Positions 37,440 through 52,200 of a stretch of 64,000 nucleotides of DNA are shown one piece after another. The position numbers and the translations under genes were made by a program. Numbering within the stretch: position 1 is the stretch's first letter; every line of letters begins with the position of its first letter. The notes under the pieces were generated by a model. That model had not been told where the DNA came from and did no database searches. It was given only the letters and a program-made list of their open reading frames with translations. Origin of the DNA: the human T2T-CHM13v2.0 reference genome, Homo sapiens; assembly GCF_009914755.1 (NCBI RefSeq), contig NC_060931.1. The stretch is one strand, 5' to 3'.

Positions 37440-38780
37440 TTTTTTCTTAAATTTTTGTGTAATTCACCAGTAAATTCATATAGACCTATAATTTTCGTTG
37501 TGAGAAGGGTTTTACCTACAAATGAAATTTCAATAGATATATACCTATTGGGCTATCTATTATTCTTGAAGAGGCATGAGTCTTTCAGGGAATTGTTGGT
37601 TTTATAAAAGTTATTCAACCCAATGGCATAAAGTGCTTCATAATATTTCCATATTACTGGTTTAAAAATTGTGGAGTCTGTAGTGATATTACCTCTTTCT
37701 TTCTGGATCTTAGTAATTTGAGGTTTTTTGTTTGGTTTTGTTTTTGTTGTTGCTTGCTTGTTTTATTCCTGAACAAATTGCCTAGTGGTTTATGAATTTT
37801 ATAGATGCTCTCAAAGAACCAGCTTTTTGTTTCATTGAATTTTCTCTTTTCTATTTCATTGATTTCCTCTCTGATATTTATTCTTTTGATTCTTCTATTT
37901 TGTGTTTAATTTGTTTTTGTTTTTTCGTTAACTGTTTTAAATTAGAAGTGGGGGATATTGATTTGAGTCCTGTATTTTTCTTTTATATAAAAAGAATAAA
38001 AATGCATTGCAGAGGGTAATTTTAAGTACTCAAACACTAACTACTTTCTTTTTATTCCTTTAGTTCAAAATAGTTTTTTATTTCCACTTGATTTATTTTT
38101 TGACTCGTGTTTTTTAGAAGTTTTATTTATCTACAAATAATTTGGTGACTTTGTCTTTTATTGGGGGTTTCCAATTTATTCCACTTGGATACTTTCAAAA
38201 TAATTTATATTTGTGTTAGGCACAGAATGTCGTCTACTTTGGTAGATGGTCTATGTGAACTAGAAAACAGTGTGCATTCTTCTAATGTTGGGTAGAGTAG
38301 GCTATAAATGTCAACTAGGTAATATTAATTGACCATGCTGTTCACATGTGCCATATTTGTATGGATTTTGCATTCACTTTCCTATCATTTATTGAGAGAG
38401 GGGTATTGAAATTTCTGACTATTATTGGAGATTTGTCTATTTCTCCTTGCATTTGTATCACTTTTAGCTTCATATATTTGACATAGTGTTAAGTGCATAA
38501 ACTTTTAGGATTTTTATGTCCTCTTGATTAATTGGCTCATTCAACACTATTACAAGATCTTCTTTACTCCTGGTACTACTTTTATTTAAAATCTACTTTG
38601 ATATCAATCCAGCCACTCTAGTATTCACTTTACCTTTATTTGTCTAATCTCTTCTATGTTTCCCTTTTTCCTTCTTTATCTACCTTATTTTGGATAACTT
38701 GAGTATACTCTGTTATTTCGTTTTATCTCCTTCTTTGGCTTACTAGCTTTACCACTTTTTTAAAAAGTAGTGTTTTTTTA

Positions 38781-39114
38781 TTCTTTTTTTTTCATTTGGG
38801 GGAGGGTGGGGGGCACAGGGCAGGATCTCATTCTCTTGCCCAGGCTGGAATGCAGTGGCACAATCATAGCTCACTGTAGCCTCAAACTCATGGAATCAAG
38901 AGATTCCCCCGCCTCAGCCCCCTGAGTAGCTGGGACTACAGATGTGTGCCACTGTGCCCAGCTAATTTGTTTTATTTTATTTATCTTTTTATTTTGTTGA
39001 GATGGGGTCTTGCTTTGCTGCCCAGGCTGGTCTTGAATTACTGGCTTCAAGTAATTCTCCCATCTTGGCCTCCCAAAGTGCTGGGGTTATAAGCGTGACC
39101 CACTGCACTTGGCC
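38781..39114 (-). mobile_element. AluJ
   Basis: CACAATCATAGCTCACTGTAGCCTCAAACTC AluJ diagnostics; T-tail with a G-rich insert. Confidence 0.92.
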
Positions 39115-39612
39115 AGTGGTTTCTTTAGAGTTTAGATTGCACATCTTCGAGTTATCACTATCTTCCTTCAAATGATCTTATATTACTTTATTTATAGAAC
39201 GAGAACCCTAAATTTCTTTTCTACTGGATTTTATGCTATTTTCACCACATATTTTACTTATATATTTATTATGAAACCAATAATATATTATTAATTTTTG
39301 TTTAAGTAGTCAACTATCTTTGAATATTTACATAAGAAGAGAGTAATTTTATGTAATTCCCCCTGTAGTCACCATTTCTGATGTCTTTACTTATTTTTAT
39401 AAGTACACATTTCCACAATGTCATTTGTATCTATCTGAAAGACAACATTTGATGAATTCCCTCAGCTTTTGTATATATAAATTTGATCAATTCTCTCAGC
39501 TTTTGCATATATAACAACTTAATTTCCCTTTGTTTTTGAACATTTTTTCTGGGTATAGATTTCTAGGTAAACTGGTTTTGGTTTTTCCCTTTTTACAGAC
39601 TTCAACAATGTT

Positions 39613-39998
<386 letters not shown>

Positions 39999-40682
39999 TC
40001 ATTTAATTTCTTTTTTCACTGATCTTGAGCAATAAGATGGCAATTATGTTCTGATGTAGCTTTATAGTTATTGTACTTGAGTTTTGCTGACATTTTTGGA
40101 ACTAAGGAGTTACACCATTAAATTTGTAAATTTTTCAGTTATTGTTTCTTAAACTATTTTTTGTTTCTTTCCTTCTCTCCTCTGCTTTTGAGAATCTAAC
40201 TGCATGTATTTTATACTGCTTGAAGTGTCCTCTAAACTCTTATGCCCTTTTTTAAAAAAAAACTGTTTTAATGTGAGTAGCTTTAATTTCTGTGTTCTTG
40301 TTCACAAATCTTTTCTTCTTCAATGTCAAATTTTATATTATTTTCTTCACAGTATTTTTTATCTCAGTCATTGTAATATTCATCTCCAGAACTTTGATTT
40401 GGGTCTTTTTCATATTGTCCATGTTCCTTCTTAACATTGAAACATATAAGAAATACATATAGTAATTGTTTTAATGTCTTTGTTTACTAATTCTAGCACC
40501 TGTGGTTCTGAGCCACTGTTCATTAACTGTTTTTTCTCTTCATTATGATTCCTATTTTTCTGCCTCTGTAAATATCTGGTATTCTTTCATACCAATGCCA
40601 GTCATAGTAAATTTTTTCCTTGGTAGATGATTGCTTTTATATAAACATTATTGTGATTTCTCCTGAGATACAGAGAAGTTAC

Positions 40683-40728
<46 letters not shown>

Positions 40729-40744
40729 ATATATATATATATAT
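40683..40744. repeat. Compound STR (ATCT)11(AT)9
   Basis: Counted directly from the sequence. Confidence 0.97.
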
Positions 40745-41340
40745 TTCGTTTGTGTCTTTTATTTTAAGAATTGTTAAGCAGAGCCAGAGAAGCATTTATC
40801 TATCTATAATTATTATCTGCTACTGGGATAATTCTATTCTGTTTACCCTGCCTTCCTGTAACATCTTTGTACCTTTGTTTTTATAGTGCATATATTTTAC
40901 AGAGAGAAAATAGTGGCATCTTACTTTTTGTAATTGCTAAAATTCTCTACTTTTTCATTGAAATGTTTATTACATTCACACTTTTAGTGTAATTATTGAT
41001 ACATCTTGATTTAGTCTTTTGGTATTTGTTTTCTGTTTCTCCTATTTAATTTTTGTTTTAATCAAACATACTCCAATATTTATTTTTAACTTCTTTATCA
41101 TATTTTTAGCATTGTTGTTACATTTAAATTAATTTTCTGGGTTGTTTTAAGGATTAAAATATGTCTTCCTAACTTACAGTCTTCTAACAAGTAACATTGT
41201 ATCACTTCACATAAAATGTTTTTTTACAAAGAAAAACTTGACACATGTAGTTATATTTAACTTCCATATTTTGTTTTATTTTTCTTATATGTATTATAAG
41301 CCCCATAACATTACCTTTACAATTTAAAAAAATCAATACC

Positions 41341-41610
41341 AAATCTCGCTCTGTCACCCAGGCTGGGGTACAATGGCATAATCATAGTTCACTGTAACCT
41401 CAAACTCTTGGGCCCCAAAAATCCTCCTGCCTCAGCCTCCCGAGTAGCTGAGACTACATGTACACATCACATCTGGCTAATTTTTAATTTTTGAAAGAAA
41501 GATGAGTTCGCACTCTGTTGCCCAGGCTCTCGAATTCCTGGCCTCAAGTGATTCTCCCACCTCGGCCTTCAAAAGTGCTGGGATTACAGGTGTGAATTAC
41601 CAGGCTGGGA
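41341..41610 (-). mobile_element. AluJ lacking its tail
   Basis: TCTCGCTCTGTCACCCAGGCTGG...ATCATAGTTCACTGTAACCTCAAACTC...AAAGTGCTGGGATTACAGG. Confidence 0.9.
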
Positions 41611-41939
41611 CTCATATTTTTTATTCACCAGTTTTTTTAAAAAATCATTTTCAGTACTCTAATTCTTGTTGATTCTAGTGTTATACATTTCCCTGTATCC
41701 TGCACTTCCTTTAACATATTATCTAGTGCAATTATGCTGGCAAGAAATTCCTTCCTCTTTCATTGGTCTGAAAATGTCCTCATACATATTTCTTAATTTT
41801 TAAGATGGGCTAATTGGCTATACACTTATAGATTGATTTTTTTCCCTTAAAAATTTAACTATATTATTCATTTCTGCCTTCTGCCTATCATTGTTTCTTA
41901 TAAGAGGTGATCTGTCATTTTCATTGTTTCTCCACATTT

Positions 41940-44107
41940 TTTTAAAAAACTTTTATTTTAGTTTCAGGGGTACATGTGCAAGTTTGTTATATAGATAAAT
42001 TACATATTGTGGAGGCTGGGTATAGAGATTATTTTGTTACCCAGGGAATAAACATGGTACCCAAAAGGTAGGTTTTCTATCCTCACCCTCCTCTCCCCCT
42101 CCACCCTCAAGTCGGGCTCAGTATATATTGTTTTCTTCTTTGTGTCAATTTGTACTCAATGTTTAGCTCTCACTTATAAGTGAGAACATGTGGTATTTGG
42201 TTTTCTGTTCCTTTGTTAGTAATGGTTTACTGCAAATGTTGCTCCAAAGACATGATTGCCTTCATTTTTTATGGCTGCATAGTATTCCATGGTGTATATG
42301 TACCACATCTTCTTTACCCTGTCTACTGTTGGTGGGCATCTAGGTTGATTCCATGTCTTTGCTATTGTAAATAGCGCTGCAATGAACACATGTGTGCATA
42401 TGTGTCTTTATGGAAGAATTATTTATATTCATTTGGGTATATATCCAACAATGTAATTGCTGGGTTAAATGGTAATTCTGTTTTAAGTTCTTTGAGAAAT
42501 CTTCAAACTGTTTTCCACAGTGGTTGAACTAATTTACATTCTCGCCAGCAGTGTATAAGTTTTCCCATTTCTCTTTAACCTCTCCAGCTGTGATTTTCTT
42601 AGTTTTTAATGGTAGCCATTCTGGCAGGTGTGAGACAATATTTCATTGTGGTTTTCATTGGCATTTCTCTAATTATTAGTGAATGTTGAGCATTTTTTCA
42701 TATGCTTGTTGGCTGTGTGTATGTATTTTGAAAGGTCTCTGTTCATATCCTTTGACCAGTTTTTAATGGGATTGTTTGTTTTTTGCTTGTTAATTTAAAT
42801 TCCTTATAACTTCTGGATATTAGATCTTTTTCAGGTGCATATTTTGCAAATACTGTTGTTATCTCTTTACTCTGCTGATGGTGTTTTTTGCTGTGCAGAA
42901 CCTCTTTAGTTTAATTAGATCCAATTTGTCAGTTTAGGGTTTTGCTGCCACTGCTTTTGGTGTCTGTGTTATGAAATCTTTGGTCATTCCTATGTCCAGA
43001 ATGGTATTTCCTAGGTTATCTTCCATGGTTTTTATAGTTTAAGGTTTATCTTTAATTATGTAATTGATCTTGAGTTAATTTTTTGGTATATGGTGAAAAG
43101 TAGGGGTCTAGGTTCAATCTTCTGCATCTTGCCAGCCAGTTATCCCAGTATTGTTTATTGAATACGGAATCCTTTCCTTCTTGCTTGTTTTTATCAGCTT
43201 TATTGAAGAACAGCTAATTGTAGGTGTGTGGCCTTATTTCTGGGCTCTCTATTTTGTTCCATCGATATACGTGTTTGTTTTTGTACCAGTACCATGCTGT
43301 TCTGGTTACTGTAGCCTTTTAGCATAATTTGAAGTTGGGTAATGAGATGCCTTCAGCTTTGTTCATTTTTGTTTGGATTGCTTTGGCTATCCAAGCTATT
43401 TTTTTATTCCATATGCACTTTAGAGAAATTTTTTTTTCTTGTTTTTTGAAGAATGTCCTTGGTAGTTTGATAGAAATAGTATTGAATCTGTAAATTGCTT
43501 AAGGCAGTATGGCCATTTTAATTATGTTGATTTTTCCTATCTATGAGCATGGAATGTTCTTTCATTTGTTTGTGTCATCTTTGATTTATTTGAGCAGTAT
43601 TTTGTAATTTTCATAATAGAAATATTTTACCTCCCTAATTAGCTGTATTCCCAGGTACTTTATTCTTTTGTGGCTATTATGAATGGGATTGTGTTCTTGA
43701 TTTACGTCTCATCTTGGATGTTGTTGGTGTATAGAAATTCTACTGATTTTTGTATATTGATTTTGTATACTGAAACTTTGTTGAAGTTGCTTGCCAGATC
43801 TAGGAGCTTTTGGACAGGAACTATGGATTTTTCTAAGAATACAATCATATTGTCTCCAAACAGTGATAGTTTAACTTCCTCTCTTCCTATTTGGATGCAC
43901 TTTATTTCTTTCTCTTGCCTGATTGTTCTGGCTAGGACTTCCAGTACTATGTTGAATGGGGTGGTGAGAGTGAGCATCTTTGTCTTGTCCCGGTTCTCAA
44001 GAATAATGCTTCCAGCTTTTGCCCATTCAGTATGATCTTGGCTGTGGGGTTTGTCACAGATGCCTCTTATTATTTTAAAGTATGTTTCTTCAATGCCTAG
44101 TATGTTG
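41940..44107 (-). mobile_element. 5'-truncated L1PA13-15/L1PREC2-like LINE-1
   Basis: 3'UTR plus ORF2 ([12 protein letters not shown]); perfect 15-bp TSD TGTTTCTCCACATTT at 41925-41939 and 44108-44122. Confidence 0.93.
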
Positions 44108-44631
44108 TGTTTCTCCACATTTAACTTACTTTTCTCCATTTTGGGTGCCTTTTAAAATTTAATTTTATACTTTCTTTTCAGCAGTCAGTGATTGAGTGTG
44201 GTTTCTGTTTTATTTCCCATGTTTGGAGTTTGTTAAGTATCTTAGATTTGTAAACTGATGCTTTTGGGAAATTTTCATCCATTGTTTTTTCATTATTTTC
44301 TTCTCTACCTTCTCCCTTTTATACCTTAGCACTCAAATTACATATACTACTTGATGTTGTCTAGATGTTTACTGATGCTATGTTTACTTTTTTCAATATA
44401 TTTTTCTCCCTATGTTCTATACTTGGGTAAATTCTATTGATCTGTTTTTATGTTTTTTGATTTTTTATTCTGTAATGTGTAATCTGCAATTATCAGAAAA
44501 TTATGTTTTAAATGTATTATGGTCTAGTTTTAGAATTCCCACTTTATTTTTGTAATACTTTCTATTTCTCTATTGATAGTCCACATGTGCTTACTGATTC
44601 TTTCCATCTTTTCATCTAAATTCTCACGTAC

Positions 44632-45551
44632 ACTGCGGCACTGCCTAGTGGAGCTGTGAAAAGAGGTCCACCATCCTCCAGACCCCAGAATGGAAGATCC
44701 ACTGACAACTTGCACCATGTGCCTGGAAAAGCCACAGACACTCAACCAGCTGTGAAAGCAGCAGTATGGAGAGTTGAATCCTGCAAAGCCACAGTGGCAG
44801 AGCTGCCCGAGCGTTACCTGGATGTGAGACGTGGAGTCAAAGGAGATTGTTTTGGAGCTTTAAGGTTTAATGACTGCCCCTCTGTGTTTTGAACTTGCAA
44901 GAAGCCTGTAACCCTTTTGTTTTGGCCAATTTCTCCCATTTGGAATGGGAACATATCGAAGAAGTAACTCATTTGCTTTTGATTTTATAGGCTCATGGGC
45001 AGAAAGGACTTGCCTTGTCTCAAATGAGAGTTTGGACTATGGACTTTGGAGTTAATGCTGAAATGATTTAAGACTTTGGAGGACTGTTGGGAAGGTATGA
45101 TTGGTTTTGAAATGTGAAAGGAGATGAGATTTGGGAATGGCCAGGGTCAGAATGATACGATTAGGCTTTGTGTCTTCACCGAAATCTCATATTGAATTGT
45201 AATCCCCAGGTGTTGAGGGAGAGACCTGGTAGGAACTGATTGGATCATGGGGGTGGTTTTCCCCATGCTGTGTTCATGATAGTGAGGGAATTCTCACAAG
45301 ATCTGATGGTTTTATCAATGGTAGTTTTTCCTATGCTCTCACACTTTCTCTCCTGCCACCATGTAAGATGTACCTGCTTCCCCTTCTGCCGTGATTGTAA
45401 GTTTCCTGAGGCCTCCCCAGCCATGTGAAACTGTGAGTCAATTAAACCTATTTTTGTTATAAATTACCGGTTTAGGGTATTTATTTATAGCAGTGTGAAA
45501 TTATTCAGTCTTGGGTATTTCTTTATAACAGTGTAAAAACGAACTAATACA
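44632..45551 (+). mobile_element. THE1(D-like) MaLR: partial internal region plus 3' LTR (45153-45551)
   Basis: Internal GGCACTGCCTAGTGGAGCTGTG; purine tract before TGATA; LTR ends GAACTAATACA; no 5' LTR. Confidence 0.88.
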
Positions 45552-45669
45552 CTCGTCATCAGATTTATATATTTTTCTGATTATTAAATCAATACATTCT
45601 CATTATATAAGTTTTCAAAGTGCAGAAGAGCAAGAAAAACACTGATAATCACAGCATTCACAGAATACT

Positions 45670-45810
45670 AACTACTTGTTCTTGATAATTGTACTGTGCT
45701 TATGTAAGATGCTAACATCACAGTCTGATGAAAGATTTAAGAGAACTCTACACTATTTTGCAGATTTCCTTTAAGATTAAAGTTAGTTCAAAATTAAAAG
45801 TTTAAAAATC
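45670..45810 (+). mobile_element. L1MC/ME 3'-end fragment
   Basis: GATAATTGTACTGTGCTTATGTAAGATGCTAACA...GAACTCTACACTATTTTGCA...AAAATTAAAAGTT. Confidence 0.6.
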
Positions 45811-46536
45811 ACCATAATGTTGTTTATTGACTTGTAAATATTTGAGACTATATTATATATCTAATTTTGTATCTTGATTTTTTAAAACAATATACCATTA
45901 GCATTTACTCATCACAAAACTGTTAATAAGCATTTTGTTTAATGTTGTCATAACATCCCAATTAAAAAATACATCACCATTTTCTACACTATTACCCTTC
46001 TCTTGAACTATTGAGCTGTTTCTATTTGTGCTATAAACATTATTGTAATAGCAATATTACAATATTATTTGCAAAATTATTGCACAAATTATTGATAATT
46101 CTTTGTCTTAATTTTGGATTATGCTCTGATGTTGGAAACCAGGGTCAAATGTTGCAAACATTTTAAAGAATAGGATCAAGCATGCACACCCAACCTTACT
46201 GAATGTCAACCAAGAGCCAGAGAGGAGAAAGGCAGAAGGGTCAAGTTGAGTGACACTTTGACAGTAGAAAATTAGAATAGTTACATATTTGTGTTCCCAT
46301 ATGAGTAACTATAGGGTCTGAGAAGATAGTTAGGGGTTTGATAGTCACAGATTGGTTTCTAGGGAAAATTAGTTGTAAGTTAATGAATAAAGTAGGTAAT
46401 ATATCCAAGTTGCTGTCAAATGCCTTGGAACTAGGTTCTTGAAGCTCACATTTTGGGGTGAAGTGGGTTATAGGAATAAAAGTAGAATTTGCAGGAAGGA
46501 AAATAGTGAAACATAAGTACTGCACAGCTGCAGAGC

Positions 46537-47131
46537 TGCATTTGTTAGGGTTCCCCAGAAAAACAGAACCAATAGTACATGTGATGGGCATACACAGAGA
46601 GAGAGAAAGAAGAGTGAGAGATGTATTATGGAAATTGACTTACATGATTGTGGAGGCCTAGATGGACCACTGTCTACCATCTTTAATCTGGAGAACCTGG
46701 AAAGCTGATGATATAATTCAGTTCAAATCCAAAAGCCTAGAGCCAGGGGAGTCAATGCCGTAATTCCCAGTCTAAATCAGAAGGTCTAAGAACTGGCAGG
46801 GGTTGGGATGGGGGTTGGGCTGTTTGGTTTAAGTCCTGGAATCTGAAGCCCGGAGAAGGAGGAACTTCCATATGTGAGGGCAGGAGAAGTTGGATGTAAC
46901 AGCTCAAGAACAGAGAGACTGAATTCACTCTTTCTCCACCTTTTTGTTCTATTCAGGCCCTCGACTGGTTGATGCCCATTGACAAAGGCTGATCTTTAGT
47001 CAGCCTGTTGATTCAAATGTTAATCTCTTCTGGAAACACCCACACAAACCCAGAAATAAGAAATAAGTTTTTGCTAGCTCTTCTGGCACACCTTAGCCTG
47101 GTAAATTTGACAAGTAAAATTATCTATCACA
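46537..47131 (-). mobile_element. MLT2B-like solo LTR (ERVL)
   Basis: TTAGGGTTCCCCAGAAAAACAGAACCAATAG...TTGACAAGTAAAATTATCTATCACA; 5-bp TSD AG(A/G)GC. Confidence 0.87.
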
Positions 47132-47499
47132 AGGGCTAAAGCTAAGGAAAGAGGCACTCACTATTCTCGAAGGAGTGTGAATGACTGGTGTACTACAGAA
47201 CTTAATTTTAGGCTTTGGCCATCCTGAACTTTTCTCAGAAGGAATGGATCCATTAGAAACAAGGAGTAAATGCTCTCTCTGGGCTTCCATTCATGAACAA
47301 TGCTCACCTCGGTGGCTCCAGATCATTGTTCTCTTGGAGAATAGAGTAATTTGTGGAAGACAGTGACTTTATGTTTGAGGGTTAGGGATTGGCTGGGGCC
47401 ATTGTAGGGCTAGAGGAAATTTCATTAATTATATAATCCTAACACATTAGGTTCAAGACATAGGGCAAGTATGAGCCTGCACACTTGTGGGTAGGGTTA

Positions 47500-47655
47500 T
47501 AACTAGGGTGGAAATCACTTTTAAAATATACAGATTCTCAAACCCAACTATGACCCACTAATTCAGAATCTATCAGGAAAAGATCAGAAAATCTCTGCTT
47601 TGATGGCATTCCAAAGATATCTAGAACAAAAATCCAAATTTGAAAAGTACTAAGC
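47500..47655. mobile_element. MER5-like hAT-Charlie fragment
   Basis: AAAATATACAGATTCTC...CTAATTCAGAATCT...AAATTTGAAAAGTACT. Confidence 0.5.
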
Positions 47656-49299
47656 TGAAATCTGGAGGCAGCACTAAAGGCTGTCAACTCAACCCACCAG
47701 ACTGCTAGGAAATGATAACAACAACAGTAATAACAGCAATGAACATAACCAAAGCTCAATTAAGAGAACAGAGATAAAAGGCTAAGACCCAGGCAGAACC
47801 TGGACTGATAAGGGAAAGAACTCTATCTAATCTTGTCCTGGAAGTGTGAAACGTGCTCACAGGGAAAAAAGTGCAGTTGCCTAAAAAACACTGAGTAATC
47901 ATTAAATGTTTAGTTAGAGACTGGGCTGTTTGTATTGATTCAGTTATGAATCATTGGCCCCTATGATTCCTTCACCAAAGAGCTAGAATTCATTAATGAC
48001 TTATACTAAAATGGACTAGATAGGATGAAGGAATAGAACCTAAAGAATCCCAGAATATTTGTCATTGCAGAATGTTCATTTTCCTCCCTCAAACTTTAAT
48101 CCAGTTCTGGCCACAGAAGGAGCAGCAGAAATGTGAGTAAATGAGCCATGTGCTGGCACTGTTCCATTTGTCATGGGCTATAAGACCATAATCACCATTC
48201 TGCAGCCTCCTCCATTGATTGGTTAACTGTCCACAACCCTGACTCCTACAATTAACCACATCGCTTGTTAAGCTGAACCCACCATTAGATATACTTCCAA
48301 GTAGCAGCTTAAATACTAACTCAAGCGATATTCCAATTAGGTAAAATATATCTATTATATTTCATATTCCCTGCTGGAGCCTGGTACAGTGTGAAAACAG
48401 TAAATGTTGACTGAATTTGAGCATTCAAGAAAAATGTCATTTGAATGAATGAAAATATGAGCATCAGTGGTATATTTCCTTGATCATTTGGGAGTTAAAG
48501 ATCAAGATGTTGAAAGAAAAATAAGGCTTAGAGGAATTTACACAGGAGTGGGACACTTTGGTGTAATTGAACAAAAACATTCTCTTAATTACTGAAATCC
48601 ACAAACCACATACACACAGTTTGATTTAAATAAGAACAAGAAACTTGACAATTGGATAAACAGGGCCAGGGCATGAGATTTATTATTATTATTATTAATC
48701 TTGATGGCAGATAGGGAGTCAATATTTAAAAAGTATTTTCAGTAATAATTGAAGGGAACTTAAACTTCCTAAGGTGGGAATGTAGAGAGATGGCACCACT
48801 CAGGACAAGCTGAAAGTACTTAGTTACATTAGTTGTAGCACCATGACCTAGCACTTCCACTCCTGGGAGTTATAAACAAAAGAAAATTTCAAACAGGGTA
48901 ACAAATACATTCCTTAGAGAGAATTTGTGGTGGTAGGTTGTTCAACGTAGTCTGGGTGAAGAGGTAAAAAGTAGTAGACACACAGTGTGGAGCCCTCCTG
49001 TCTTAGGTGGAGCTCTTAGATGTGAAATCTCTTGTAATGATTTATTGACTGACTGCTCTCAGGAAAAGTGAGAGAAGCTTGATGTGGCAGGGGAAGAAAT
49101 GTGTTTCGAAAGGTCAAGCCCTAGCCTCATCCTATGGACAGCTCTGGAGTATAAGTGGTGTCACCATTTGTCTTAGCCAGACGGAAGGGAGTGGGCTGTT
49201 AACACCTCCATTTTGGTCAGTTGACGGCTGCCCTTGGTTAGAAAAAAGCTACAGCCAGATCTGAATGAGTAGCCTTTGCTTATCCTCATTTGAGTGGTC

Positions 49300-52200
49300 T
49301 TCATTTACTTCCACAGTTAATCTTGGGGATCCCCCGACACCCAATCTGCATTGCCCATTGTGGTAGACACCAGCTTTTTGCTTGGTGCAGTACCACAGAG
49401 GCCTTTTGTGCCCTGCTGTTGGTGGCTTGTCAAGTCTGTGAAGACATGGTAAAGCAGCACTAGGTCTGAAATAATCCACTTCCTTTGCATTGAGTTCCTC
49501 AGCTATTTATTCTTAGTTTAGAAACAGGTTTTGTTATTGGTTCCCGTTTGTTTGGCATTCTTGGTGGAATGAGCCCATTTCTCTTCATTCTTTTTTGCAG
49601 CCTTTTGTTTTCCTGTTCTATGTCATGCTATCTGGAAGTGCTGTTTCTCATAAGAAAAGACATATAGGAAGGAAAATAGCCGTAGACTCTATAAGCTTCT
49701 TGTTTGAGCTGCCCTCACAGACCTGTGGGTTTACAGTCCTCACCTGAGAAACTATTGTCTACTTGGACAAACTCTGCTGCAGGTCACCAATAAAACTAAA
49801 TGATATTCTCCTTCACGCTTGATTTTGTATCCTGTGGGTTTGGCATTGATCCAGAAAGAGCATTTTCTCTGGTTTTCCACTTGCCGGGGTGAGAAGATTG
49901 TCAGGTCTGGCTTTGGAGGCAGACACTCATTAGGTTGGGGGACCAAGACACGAGGTCCACAAGCATTGCTGCCTACCAACTGTGACCAGCACTCACTGGG
50001 TCATTCAAGTCTTCTCCTCTACAGGAAATATCCCTGCTTCTTACAGGTACTCCCTTCACAATTCTAATGCTTGCACCTATCTTTCTCTGTTGCATAATTT
50101 TACCAAGGACGATTTGGTAATTCAGTGGCCACTCTGGGAAATATGTGATTTGAGGACAATTGTTTATTTGAGTGGCACCTTAGAAAAGACAGGAAATAAG
50201 ATTTCACAAGCCCAATAGGTAGCATTTTTTTATTAGTATGCAGAAATTTCCAAAAACAAGAACAAAAAAACTGTGAATCAGTAATTGCTTCACTAAAAGA
50301 TTATTTGTCCAAAGCTAATGAGCAAGTTGACAATCTCAAGTAGGAAAAAACTAGGCTCCTTTCCTTAGTAAATCCTCCCCCTCCTTTCCCTCCAGTTACC
50401 TCTCTATTTTCAGCCCTCCTTCTTCTTTCTTATGTGATTTCTCCCCTTCCACATCCTCTCTTTCCTCTTCTTGTCCAGATCCTCTTCCTTTTCCTATCAC
50501 CTCTCCTAAAACCCTAAAATTCCAGTTGCTTTTAAGAATCCCTTCTTCCCATGAGCCAAATATGCAAACAACTGTGGAATTTAAACCTTACATCTGAATT
50601 TAATTGAAGTGTTATACTTAAAGATTTCTCTAACCACTCCCCCACCCCCCCCAAAAAACAGTGCATATATTCACAGGAGAATTTAGAATTCCTCTGTGTA
50701 CATAAAATCCAGACCTAACTGACCTATATCAACCTGAACACAGTGCTGATCTGAGTCTTGGATGCTAAATCCTTGAGAGAAAAAGCTGACGGGACTGAAC
50801 TGGAGAGGGACTTATGAGATCTTTCTTTCCACAATACACCCGAGGGTTAAAAAAAAATGTCAGAAAAGTATATTAAAGTTTCTTAAAAGCCCTACCTGAA
50901 ACATTTCCCGTAAAAACTGATTGACTCATAATTCAGTTATGCAAACCAAAAGGATGAAATTGTAGGAGATTTACGGGATGGACTAGAAACATGTCCAACA
51001 ATTTTTGGGAGTGAAAAAAGGTACTGATGGAACAGCAGCCATTTCATTTCATTTTAATCAATGTAGTCAAAACTGAAACGGAATTCAAAATAAAATAATC
51101 AATTCAAAAATAAAAATCAGAATGAAAAATGGCCTCTTTAGTGGAACTACAACACCTGACAAAACATTTTAAAGGGGCTCTAGAACAAAAACAAGACTCA
51201 AAGGAAACCCATGGCCCAGCCCATCAAACAGCTATTTGGTCCACTACCAACCAATGCCCAGCTAACAAAGACACTTGTAGATATTGTAAACAGAAGGGAC
51301 AGAAGGGAAAAGAAAATTGTCTCATCATACAAAAGAAAGACAAGACAAAAAGTTTTCTTAATTCAGATCAATGAGAGTGCTTTCAAAAAAGAAAACATGA
51401 CCAATATCATACTGTATCCTTAAACAATCAAGGTGTTTAACCACAAACATAGATAGGCATTCTTATCAATTTCTGGTAGATATGGGTATTACTCTTACTG
51501 CATCAAACCTAGACATGTTTGCTCAACTTCTTACTTGGAGTAAATATACCACATAGGTGTCCTTCCCTGTGCCTGTAACCCACAGATTTTCCCTATTTCC
51601 CAGCCCTTAATCATAACCTTTGGGCTTTTGACTGAAAAACATTTCTTCCTGCTCTGTTATATTACTCCTGCAAATTTAATAGAGAGACGTACTTTGCAAA
51701 TGAAATCATGATACTAAATGGACAGCAGAGGGATAATTTCTTCAGGTCCCTAGAGGATTTCCCTATTCTTATCAAGTTGTGTCTGCTCTGAATATACCTG
51801 CTCAATTATATTTGATAAAGAGCCCGGATAAAATCCTTAATAGTGTGCCTAATGCTTTGTGAGCTAAAATTCTACTGACATAGGCAACAGAGAAGAGAAA
51901 AACATGTAAAAGTTCAGATAGATTCTACCACACCATTATCTATACATTCCCAATATCCTTTGAAGCCAGAAGCAAGAGGGAATCACACCTGTGCAGTGGA
52001 CCCTTGAACAATGAGGGGGTCGGGGGCATCAACTCCTGCACAAGTGAAAACCTGCATATAACTTTTGACTCCCCAGAAACTTAACTAGTAATAGCCAGCT
52101 TTTGTCCAGAAGCCTTATCCATAGCATAAACAGTAGATTAATATGTATTTTGTATGTCATATGCATTATATATTATATTCTTACAATAAAGCAAGCTAGC

